Source: Waterburya sp.
GTDB lineage: Bacteria > Cyanobacteriota > Cyanobacteriia > Cyanobacteriales > Xenococcaceae
Length of the DNA stretch: 64,000 nt
Direction of reading: 5' to 3'
NCBI GenBank assembly: GCA_965217895.1
Contig: CBDCJV010000002.1
Span: 3,872,001 to 3,936,000 of the forward strand
Shown here: positions 9,401 to 19,400 of the stretch, in pieces
How positions within the stretch are numbered: the first letter of the stretch is position 1
How the letters are laid out: every line of letters starts with the position of its first letter
Position numbers and translations under genes: made by a program
Notes under the pieces: generated by a model
Databases searched by the model: none
Seen by the model: the letters and a program-made list of their open reading frames with translations, nothing else
What the model was told of the DNA's origin: nothing

Positions 9401-12283
9401 TGTACTGCTAGTGACTGCAAACTGCCTTATTTGCCCAATAGCTTAGAAATACGTCAGGCAGAAGATACAGATAACCCAGTAATTGCTACAGGCGATCGCA
9501 ACGGTGATATATTTTCTTTGGATATTAATAATTTTCCTCTTGCTTTACTAAATCTTGCCCCCGCCAAAGCAGCAGGAATTGACGGGGCTTTGCAGGGGAA
9601 AACTTCAGGGAAAGTTGCTCTCAATCTTTATACCTTAGCAGCCAAAGGTAATATTGCCATTGATAAGCCAGGAGTAGGCTATATCCAGGCAAAACAGCTT
9701 GATGCTAATTTCGACTACGATCCCGCCCAAAACATCGCCAAAATTACCAATTCTTCTCTGGAGTTGGGTAATAGTCAATACAATCTCAACGCTGCTTTAA
9801 ATCTTAAGTCAGGGGCAATTGACGGCAAGTTAGATATTCCCCAAGCATACATTCAAGATGCTTTGACTACTTTTCGCTGGTTTACGGTTGCAGACGTGAC
9901 TGACTTATTTAATATTCCCGATTACGGTGAAGCTGCTGCGGTTAAACCTGCCCCAGATAAAGAAACTGTCGATCAATCTATCGCTCGTAAACTAAATCAG
10001 TTACGTAATGTAAATAAAAAAATCCAGGCAAATGCAGCCCAAAAAGAAACAGGCAATGTTCCTACAGAATTAAATATCCAGGGCAAATATGTGGGACAAA
10101 TAACTTTAGGCGGAACAATTCAAACTCCCAAAGCAAACTTTAACGTAGAAGGAGATAACTGGCAGTGGCAGACCACCCCAGCCTATCCTAATATTGTTCC
10201 TCCTTTGGGTTTAGTTACCGAAGAGCCGCAATCTATAGATATTCCCCAACTGTCAGTTGCAGGAAATTTACTCGGAACAACGGTAGATTTAGATGAAGCA
10301 AAAATACAGGTTCAACAAGCAGTTTTATCTTTAAAAGGTAAGCTGTCTCCAGAACAAGAAGATGCTACATTTGCGATCGACAATTTAACCGTAGATAATA
10401 TTGGTAATTTTGTGAAGATTCCCGTGGATATAGCAGGAGAAATTAATGCCACAGGCACAATTAAAGGCACACCTAAAAATCCGAACTTAGCAGGAAAGGT
10501 TGCTTTTACAGACGGATCGTTTAACGGCAACGTCTTACCTGCAAAGCTAGCGGGAGATTTTAACTACGACGGCAGCAAACTAGCATTTAATACTACTGCA
10601 CCTGATTCAATTCGAGTAGAAGCCAGCGTACCCTATCCGATTATCCCAGGTAAAAGCGATCGCTTTACAGCTAAAGCTGATGTAGACAAAGAAGCATTTG
10701 TCTTTTTAAGTGCCTTTAGCCAAAACTATTTAAACTGGATTGGTGGCGATGGAAATGCCAAATTAAATGCTAATGCCCGCTTAGACTTAAACAGAAAAGG
10801 CATCATTTATGATTTGGATGCCAAAGGCGTAGTTAACCTCAAAGATGCTAATATCTCGGTAAAAACGCCTTTCTTTACTGAACCATTTGTCGGGACAGGC
10901 AAAATTACCTTAAATAATCAGATAGTTAACGTTGAAAATTTAGACGCTACCTTTGCCAAAAAAGATTTATCAGTTACGGGTAAATTGCCCATTCTCACCG
11001 CAGTTAATAACTTAGACAAGCCCCTAACTATCGATCTTCCCCCAGGTGATATTGATATTAGAAAGCTATATAAAGGCGGAGTCGAGGGACAAGTTAAAGT
11101 TACAGGGGCATCTTTAGAACCTGTAATAGGCGGGGAAGTTACTCTAGAAAATGGTAAAGTATCTCTTCCTAAAGCTGAAGCCCCTACCCAAGAAGAAACT
11201 GTTCAATTAGCCAAGAGCAAGCTTAGCAATACGGTTTCAGGCGCAAACGCACTGTCTAACCAAGGAAATAATCAACAACCCGCTGCTAAATCCTCTGGTT
11301 TTGTTACTGCCTTGAATAACCTCAAGGTCAACCTCAAAGACTTTAACTTTGAACAAACCCCTGTATATAAATTTAAGCTTAATGGCGGTTTGACTCTCAA
11401 CGGTACGGTCGATCAACCAAGCAACATTATTCCTAAAGGAACTTTAACCCTTGCCCGTGCCGACGTAAACCTATTTAGCAACAAATTTGATTTAGATCGT
11501 AGTCGAAAAAATACGATAATCTTTACTCCAGAAGCTGGAGTATTCGACCCTGCCCTTGATATTATTTTAAACACCGAAGTTGAAGATGTTCAGCAACAAC
11601 AATTGAATAGTATACGTTCAGTTGATGCTAACTCTAATGAAATAAACGATCCTCTGTCAGAGAATAATAGTGAAACTGTCAGAATTAGTTTGGTAATTGA
11701 TGGCGAAACCGCAGAAATATTGCCTAATTTGGCTCAAGACAGCACTAACTGTATTGTTCGTCCTATCGATGCTCCTTTAGTTGAAAATAAAAAGTACTAC
11801 ACTCAAGCAGAATTAAATCGGCTGACAAATTGTTTTAATCAAGGATCTTTGACACAAGGCGATCGCAACTTGATCAATTCTCCAGCAGTAAAATTGACTA
11901 GTACTCCTTCTCTCGGTCAAGGAGAAATTATCGGCTTATTAAGTGGTCGATTCCTAGATTTTGCCAGCAATTTGGGCAACGGTGGCGATAGTCAATCGAC
12001 TTTATTTAGGACAGGAGTACAAAACTTTGTGATCAATCCTCTTTTTAACAAATTTTTATACAAGGTAGAAGACACAACAGTAGGTTTGGGTAAAAAAATT
12101 GGTCTAAATTATTTAACTATATATCCTGACTTAGAAGGTATCTATGAGATTAACAAAGATTCGTCGCTGCGTTTTACCTACACTCATAATCTATTTAATA
12201 AGGCTGTTGAAGCTATCAATAATACAGCAAATGAACAAAGAAGCAGTAATGAAGTTAGACTGGAATATCAAAGAAATTTCTAA
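6455..12283 (+). CDS. TamB/AsmA-like (DUF490) translocation and assembly module protein
   Basis: 1942 aa; N-terminal TM anchor; beta-taco-like G/N/L-rich repeats; C-terminal LTSTPSL..GEII.LL and EYQRNF end. Confidence 0.85.
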   Translation: MTKSINQPPNPEPEKPNPVKRLISKLKSSPKTVATGAVAIAALGSLGYWGTQVLVKKKLPPFLESQIGKFIQRPIDLGEVKGFSLGGIEFGKTVIPATASDPDKVEVDGVKVGFNIFPVLFRRTLPIDVALIHPNIYLEQEKDGQWINLDFLKNDKKKKEPLVYFDVDLDVDQADITAVPYEQNPLKAEVDGTGRFNQKQEFLSYDLDAGIEKAKATIQGETKLKTLTTDTKLLVKDLALADVATLLPNSPVKLNSGLLNANLDINIPSWKEINTANIKGMVNLQNVAGKATNLNAPVSAESELNFSGRNADVKQTQASLGDITAQVGGKVNLDSGYNLNLNVLPFQLASIPNNLIKQVPVDLAGEVEAQLKVRGAIKDPQLRGNINNTQPVRIDKTSFKQINADFQANLDKVVLNNVQINPVAGGNVTAKGTIETNLRQALENKKAIDAVKMPLDFTFQADLPTQKLVTPYYQFPQQVAVGNLKAKGQVNGTVNNPNALVNWSIPQASANNLEDIAGSGELAFADNKLSLRDTEITYGDGKADVEADANLDNKQWQANLDANSLNLTPFLAQVKNPNLNLNRPVAVNTAKANLNGRLDRLDVEKINGTADLNLNVDGGDVVVNSQLNSGNVKAKAVTNNIQLDRFVTSLPVAASLQSGTVNASGKLKQLLAFKDNPSLNSVKADADLNLSVDGEAVAVNSQIDSGRVQANANTSQIDLNRIVPNLPVPANIRSSQVRASGELKQLLTFAKNPDLSTVDARVDADLGVADGTVKAIASLQNNQWQANVNATNVNSQLLINEFAPDKFASVKLDNLNAQADLSGDIKPVLNKNINVPVAINNFTANSGAQNIDAKGNLTLSNVTSNLDIAKTNLDVVANLDFDQLPIDRVIAAASQDDRLIAENVNIAGKATFNGQFQGKQLISAPSDPGNINLTGDLQLQNFAFNDIAFDPVMAGTVNVQTGKEIALNLKGEQDVIAANAVPCTASDCKLPYLPNSLEIRQAEDTDNPVIATGDRNGDIFSLDINNFPLALLNLAPAKAAGIDGALQGKTSGKVALNLYTLAAKGNIAIDKPGVGYIQAKQLDANFDYDPAQNIAKITNSSLELGNSQYNLNAALNLKSGAIDGKLDIPQAYIQDALTTFRWFTVADVTDLFNIPDYGEAAAVKPAPDKETVDQSIARKLNQLRNVNKKIQANAAQKETGNVPTELNIQGKYVGQITLGGTIQTPKANFNVEGDNWQWQTTPAYPNIVPPLGLVTEEPQSIDIPQLSVAGNLLGTTVDLDEAKIQVQQAVLSLKGKLSPEQEDATFAIDNLTVDNIGNFVKIPVDIAGEINATGTIKGTPKNPNLAGKVAFTDGSFNGNVLPAKLAGDFNYDGSKLAFNTTAPDSIRVEASVPYPIIPGKSDRFTAKADVDKEAFVFLSAFSQNYLNWIGGDGNAKLNANARLDLNRKGIIYDLDAKGVVNLKDANISVKTPFFTEPFVGTGKITLNNQIVNVENLDATFAKKDLSVTGKLPILTAVNNLDKPLTIDLPPGDIDIRKLYKGGVEGQVKVTGASLEPVIGGEVTLENGKVSLPKAEAPTQEETVQLAKSKLSNTVSGANALSNQGNNQQPAAKSSGFVTALNNLKVNLKDFNFEQTPVYKFKLNGGLTLNGTVDQPSNIIPKGTLTLARADVNLFSNKFDLDRSRKNTIIFTPEAGVFDPALDIILNTEVEDVQQQQLNSIRSVDANSNEINDPLSENNSETVRISLVIDGETAEILPNLAQDSTNCIVRPIDAPLVENKKYYTQAELNRLTNCFNQGSLTQGDRNLINSPAVKLTSTPSLGQGEIIGLLSGRFLDFASNLGNGGDSQSTLFRTGVQNFVINPLFNKFLYKVEDTTVGLGKKIGLNYLTIYPDLEGIYEINKDSSLRFTYTHNLFNKAVEAINNTANEQRSSNEVRLEYQRNF

Positions 12284-12418
12284 TGAGTTAGCTGGTTTTT
12301 AGTACAAAAACACTAACAATACTTATAACTTTTAGATTTTTGGTTATAGACTATAGCAATTGCAAAATATAGTAAAAAGATAGTTTAATATCTATTTAAT
12401 CCACTTTCAAATAGTCGA

Positions 12419-13123
12419 ATGCAGATTAAACTTTCTCTTTCTCCTTGGACAGTTGTTAAGTATTTAATGATTGGAGTTATTTTTTTTACCGTTGTTAGTA
12501 CGGGAATTCAAATTGCCAAGTATGTTTTCGACTATCGACAGGATTGGATGAAGATGTTAAATCTAGATAGAGAGCTGAATTTCCCTAGCTGGTTTTCTAC
12601 TTTTATGATTGGCTTTTGCTCGATTTTGCTCAAAATTATTGCCACAGGCAAAAAACAGCAGGGCGATCGCTATACTAAAGATTGGCAGTTATTATCATTT
12701 ATTTTTCTTTGGCTGGCGATCGATGAATTAGTGAGTATTCACGAGATTCTTATTATTCCGCAACTCAGTGATGCTCTTCATCTTCCTTGGTTTCTTCATT
12801 CCCTGTGGGTTATTCCTGGCACGGTTTTTGTTGCCTGGTTTGCCAAACGCTACATTAGATTTGTGCGCCATTTACCACCAAAGACTAAAAAACACTTTGT
12901 TTTGGCAGCCTGTGTTTATATTGGTGGCGCGTTAGTAATGGAAATGGTTGGTAGCTATTTTGCAGAAGCCCAGGGACAACAGCATTTGACCTACGCTTTG
13001 ATTGCTACCGTCGAGGAGTTTATGGAAATGGTGGGCATTGTGATGTTTATTTATGGTTTGCTTTACTATCTGAGTGAATGGGCAAAAACCTTAGATCTGC
13101 GAATTGATATTTTAAATCTGTAA
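12419..13123 (+). CDS. Multi-pass membrane protein of unknown function
   Basis: About 6 hydrophobic helices; ELNFPSWFS, AIDE..SIHE, VEEFMEM motifs. Confidence 0.7.
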   Translation: MQIKLSLSPWTVVKYLMIGVIFFTVVSTGIQIAKYVFDYRQDWMKMLNLDRELNFPSWFSTFMIGFCSILLKIIATGKKQQGDRYTKDWQLLSFIFLWLAIDELVSIHEILIIPQLSDALHLPWFLHSLWVIPGTVFVAWFAKRYIRFVRHLPPKTKKHFVLAACVYIGGALVMEMVGSYFAEAQGQQHLTYALIATVEEFMEMVGIVMFIYGLLYYLSEWAKTLDLRIDILNL

Positions 13124-13130
13124 AGAGCTA

Positions 13131-13410
13131 TTAGACCTCTTGCGCGAATCAAAAATATTGTATTGGTTGAGAATGAGGTTAGAGGTCAGAAGTATTTAAT
13201 TGTAGGGCTTCTAAGATCTAATAATGCTAGATTTATAGTAATTTTAAATAAGAATTGAGCGTAGCAGTAGAGAGGAGATGAATGAGCTACAGCATTGATT
13301 TGCGTAAAAGAATACTGTTCGTAGCTCTTAGCTCTTAGCTTTTGACATAACTTCATTTCTTAAATTATAAAAGTAATCAGCCTACTATCGTACCCCGATT
13401 CAGCAACGCC
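13131..13410. mobile_element. Mosaic of IS/MITE remnants including an IS630-like transposase N-terminal fragment
   Basis: AGAGGAG then ATG at 13282 encoding MSYSIDLRKRI (IS630-type start) followed by an early stop; IS-end-like TAGACCTCTTGC at left and GATTCAGCAACGCC at right. Confidence 0.5.
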
Positions 13411-13487
13411 TTTGATTGTTAGATAGTAGGTAGTTAGGGCAATTTTCTGTGACCATATGTGAAACCATATCCGTAAAAGATGAACTA

Positions 13488-16400
13488 CTAACTACTAACT
13501 ACTAACTTTTCTAAATTATCCATCGTCGTCAGAATTTGTGTTTCAGAATGCAGACTGGTAATAAAAAAGCGTAATCGCGCAGCATCATAGGGAACTGAAG
13601 GATATACCATCGGCTGAACGTTGATTCCTGCTTGTCCCAAAAGCTGAGATAAATTTACTGCCTTATGAGGTTCGCCGACAATAATGGGAATTATGGGAGA
13701 ATCGGCGCTATAGCCAGTATTAAAGCCTTTGCTTTTAGCTAAATTTAGACAAAATTTAGCTCTACTTTGTAACTTAATTGCTCTTTCTGGTTCAGATTTA
13801 AGTAACCTGATAGCTGTTAAAGCTGCTGCGGTATTAGCGGGGGACATCCCGACGCTGAATACAAAACCAGGGGCTGTATATTTAAGATATTGAATTAACT
13901 CACGACAGCCAGCAATATAACCCCCGCAGCTAGCAAAAGATTTGCTGAGTGTACCCATCCATAAGTCTACGTCAGTGGGTTGCAGGTTAAAGTGTTCTCT
14001 GATTCCTCCACCAGATAAACCTAATACACCGATAGAATGAGCTTCATCTACCAGTAGGAAAGTTTGATAGTGGTGCTTTAGTTCTACTATTTTGGGGACA
14101 GGTGCTAAATCACCATCAGTGCTATAAATACCTTCAACAGCAATTAAGACTTTTTGATATTTAGTTCTTTCTCGTTCTAAGATTGCCTCTAGAGCCTGAT
14201 AATCGTTGTGAGGAAAATCAATAATTGTTGCCCCCGATAGGTTGCAACCTTCCCTAATGCTATTGTGACTAAGAGCATCACAGATAATCAAATCTTTTTC
14301 ATTAAACAGATGACCAATAGTACTCACGTTGGTAGCATGACCACCAACATAAACGATCGCATCTTCTGTGCCAATAAAGTCAGCTATCTCCCGTTCTAAT
14401 TCTAAATGTAAGGGACGCTCACCTGATAATACCCGACTGGCGGAAACTGATGTTCCGTATTTGGCGATCGCTTTTTGGGTAGCCTCTATCACCACAGGAT
14501 CTCCAGACATCCCGATATAGTTGTAGCTAGAGTAATTAATTAACTCGCGCCCATTTGTTTTAATTGTGTCTTGGGCAATACCTTGATGGAGACTAAAGAA
14601 AGGATTACCAAGTTTTTTGACTCGTTCTAAATCTTTTTTAAGATTGATATATTCTGGAGTTGATTTGAATTGACTGTATTCAGGCTTGATATTAATCTGG
14701 GTTCGTTTTGCTGGTAATATTGTTATTTTGTTTGGTATTTCCTGTAGGGGCGAACAACCGTTCGTCCATACATCGCGAATCGCCCCTACATTTACATTTT
14801 GCAAAACATTACCAACAGATAGTTCTTGGGCAATATAATCTGTTAACAGTTCGACATTAGGATAATCGAATGCTGCGGTTAGAGATACGGCATCACCAAG
14901 ACTGGCTTGCAGATTATTTTTGAACTCTACCGCCATTAATGAATCCATACCAAGATCGGCAAATTTTTCTTGAGTATCAATATCTTCAGGATCGCTAAAG
15001 CCCAATACCTTGGCTATTTGTTCCCGTATATGTGACTGTAAAATATGATGCTGCTTGTCTTCTGGTGCGCTGGCTAATTGCTGCAAGAAAGAAGAAGTTA
15101 AGGCGGATTTAGTTTCTGTTTGCGGTTGTAATCTCTCAAAGAAAGGATTGTCTGGCTGTTGGCGTAGGAAGGTAGCCCAATCTACGGGGAAAACAATTGT
15201 TTGATTTGCCTGTTGCTGTAATAATTGTTTTAATACTTTTAGTCCTTGCTGTGGCGCGATCGCATTTAACCCTTGTTGCTTTAATTTCTCTTGTTGCTGA
15301 GAAGTCATGCGACTAGCCATACCTACTTCATCCCAGATACTCCAGTTGATGCTCAATCCTGGTAAGCCTAAATTTCGGCGATAGCTCATCAAGTTGTCCA
15401 TGAAGGCGTTGGCTGCTGCATAGTTACTTTGCCCTGCTGCACCAAACACCGAAACAATAGAAGAGAAGCACACAAACCAATCTAAAGGCTGTTCTTTGGT
15501 AGCCAAATGTAGATTCCAAGCACCTGTAATTTTTGGCTGTAAAACGGCTTGAAAACGCTCCCAGGATAGTGTTTTTAATAATCCATCATCCAGCCTTCCT
15601 GCTGCGTGAATAACTCCCCTTATTCGATATTGGGAGACACTTTTTGATTCTAATTTTTCATTACTAAAAATATTTTTGACTGCCTCGTAATCAGTAATAT
15701 CAGCTTGGATGACATTAACTGTGACATCTTGTCGTTTTAATTTATCTATTGCTTGTTGAGCCTGTTTTGTAGGTTGGTTTCTACCTAAGAGAATTAGATT
15801 CTTTGCGCCTTCTTGGGCTAACCAGTTTGCTACCTGTAAGCCTAATGCACCAAAACCACCCGTAATTAAATAGCTGCCATCACTTTTAACTACTTGATTA
15901 CTAGTAGGCATAGATATAACAACCTTGCCGATATGTTTGGCTTGCGCCATATAACGAAAGGCATCATCGGCTTGTTCTATGGGAAAAACTTTGTGGGGTA
16001 AAGGCTTAAGTGTTCGCTCAACAAACTGTTGTCTCAATTCGGCAAATAAGCTGGCAATTAAATCAGGATCTCGATCAGAAACTTCTAGTAGATCGAAAGG
16101 AAAATAACTAATGTCTGGTCGTTTTTTTGTTATCTGTGCTTTATTCCAGATTCCAACCTTGCCAATTTCTACAAATCTACCTTCTGGTGTGAGAATATCC
16201 AGATTCTTAGAAATAAAATCACCGTTAAGACTATTAAGAACTAGATCTACTCCCTTGCCATCCGTAAGCTGCATTACTTCCTCAGCAAAATCGAGAGTAC
16301 GGGAGTTCATGACATATTTAACTCCTGATGCTTTAAGAAACTCCCATTTACCCACTGAAGCGGTAGCATATATCTCTGCCCCTGCTTGTTGCGCTATTTG

Positions 16401-19400
16401 TACCGCAGCTTGCCCTACACCTCCCGCAGCAGCATGAATCAAGATCTTGTCTCCAGCCTTGATTTTTGCCAGATAGTGTAGCCCGTAATATGCCGTTAAG
16501 AAAGTGGTGGGTATAGTAGCAGCTTCAGCATAGTTTAAATGATCTGGTTTGGCGATCGCAAATCTAGCATCAACCGTCACATGACTACTCAAGCTGCCTA
16601 CCGCTTGGGCAGCAATTATCTCATCTCCTATCTGAAAATTTGTAACTCCAACCCCTACAGCCACAATAACCCCTGCACATTCGCCTCCAAAAGGTACGCC
16701 CGTAGAGTCGGCAAATCCCATTGCTTGCAGGTATTCTTTTAATACTCCCAAAGCATTTAAAATATCACGGAAGTTTACCCCACTAGCGGTTACTTCAATT
16801 TCGATTTCACCTGGTTGGGGAGGGCGACGCTGTAAGGGTGCAAGAGTGAGATTGTCTAATGTGCCGTATTCAGATAGTTGCAGACGGAAGGGATTATTTA
16901 AAGTATTGTTTTGAGGTGCAAGTCTAGCGACATATCTTTGCTGGTTGTAATAAGCAACTTGAGTCTCACCATCAGATAATAATAATTCTGGTAATAATTG
17001 TTCTACATTTACATTATCAAAATCAATTAAATTACAGCTAAGACTCGCATATTCCTGCTGAATTGTTCTACCTAATCCCCAAACAGAACCTGATAAATTG
17101 TGAGCTGATTTAAATTGAGTTTGCTCAGTAATAATAGTAAGTTGATTTAAATTTAAATTCTCTTGTGTGGACAACGACTGTATTAAATTGAAAATACCTT
17201 GGCAATCTCGATCATATGTAGGGGCGAACGGCCGTTCGCCCTTACACTGCGAATCGCCCCTACTGAAATAAACAATTTTTAAATTGGTAATCTTTTTGCG
17301 TTTAATAACTTGCCAGAGCTTTTTAAAATCTTCTGGATGATTGAAATTAATTGTATATTGATTATTTTTTTGACGTTTAAATTTACCGCCTTTTACTAAT
17401 AAAATACCTGATAATTTATCTGCCAATTTCTGAGATAAATCAGTTTGATCGGTAAAAATTAGCCAGCAATCTTTACCTATAGTTTTAGTAAGATTTTCTG
17501 TATCTAAATCTTTAGCTTCCCAATCAATTCCATATAACCAGTTATCAGTACAAGCTTCTTCTTTTACTGGCGCATCAATTAGTTTGTGTAGCGATCGCAA
17601 ACTCAAATATTGTAATGACAAGTCCGTCATTTCAGCAACCAAATCACCTAAATTATCTACCAAAAATAAATCCGCTTTTAGAATTTGACTATTACCAGTC
17701 AGCTTAATATTTACCTGCGCCCAAACCTTATTGTTACAGCTTTGATATACTTTTAAAGATTCTATACCTACTGGTAAATAAACTCCCTGAGTTGACTCTA
17801 TAGCTGCGCCAATTAATTGTAAGCAGGAATCTAATAAAGCAGGATGTAACTGATAGTTTTCGTTGGTTATTTTATCTGGTATTTCAATATAGCCAAGAGC
17901 CTGGTCATCTCCTTTCCATAGTTGTTTGATACCTTGAAAGTTAACGCCATAGTTCAAACCTTTGTCGCTTAATTCTTGATAGTAATTTGATATGTCTAGG
18001 ATAGGTTGCAATCGCGATTTGACATCTTTTATATTTATCTGAACCGAAATATTTTTAAGCACAGGTTTAATAATTGATTCGCAGTGTAAAGCAAAATCAC
18101 TTTCTCGATCATTTTTACTAAATATTTGCAGACGACTACAATTTTCTAATTTACTAATAACTGTTTGCAGTTCAGTTACTTTATCTGACAATAATAAAGG
18201 CTTTTTAATAGTAAACTGCTCAAGCTGAAAATTACTATCTGAATATATATACTTACCTGCTATTAACGCCATTTCTATATAAGCCGTAGCGGGAAATACT
18301 GTTTGATTTTCTAAACAATGATCCTGTAAATATTCAGGATTATGAGCATTCACCTGTCCCTTAAAGTATATTTCTGAAGTAACAGCCAAAGTTATAGGAT
18401 TACCAAGTAAAAGATGTAATTGCTGTTGAATATTTAAATTATCTTCTGTCCAAAACTTTGCTTTCTCCCACCAATATTTTTGACGCTGAAAAGGATAAGT
18501 AGGCAGTTTAACACCTTGAGCAAAATAACCTTGATTGAATACCCGCCAGTCAATTCCTATTCCCTGATGATATAGCTGTGCCACACTATTTAAAATCACC
18601 TGCCAATCGTTTTGTTTGTCAGAAAGACTAGGAAGCAAGATGGGATGATCATCTACTTCTGTGGCTAAGATTGTTTTCCCAATACTAGCCAGAATTGGCT
18701 TTGCACCAATTTCTAAAAAGATATCAACGTCTTGCTGTAATAGAAACTGAAAACTATCAGCAAATTTAACTGGTTGAATTATATGATTAACCCAGTAATC
18801 AGAACTAATAATTTCTTCTTTAGCTAACTGTGCCGTAACATTAGAAACTAAAGGAATCTTTGGCGCAGCGTAGGTTATTTCTGCTGCCACTGCTTGAAAA
18901 TCAGCCAACATCGGTTTCATTAAGGGAGAATGGAAGGCATGGGAAACTTCTAAGAGAGTGCTGCTAATATCTATTTGAGCCAACTTATCTTCAATTACTG
19001 CTAAAGTATCTTTCTTCCCTGCAATAACGGTATTTTGATTATTGTTAATTGCTGCAATACTAACTTCTTCCTTATAAGTAGCTATCAATTCTGCAATTTT
19101 TGCCTGACTACTAAAAATAGCCAGCATTCCCCCCGATGAAGGTAATTCCTCCATTAGTCTGCCTCTAGTGGCAACAAGCTTTAGACCATCTGCTAAACTA
19201 AAAACCCCTGCGACACAGGCTGCAACATATTCTCCAATACTATGTCCCGCAACATAATCGGGCTTGATACCCCAAGAAAGCCATAATTGCGCCAAGGCAT
19301 ATTCTATAGAGAAAATTGCAGGTTGAGTATATATTGTTCGGTTAATTTCCGTAGGGGCGTTTCGCGAAACGCCCTTACATTTCGCCCCGATATTTATGGT

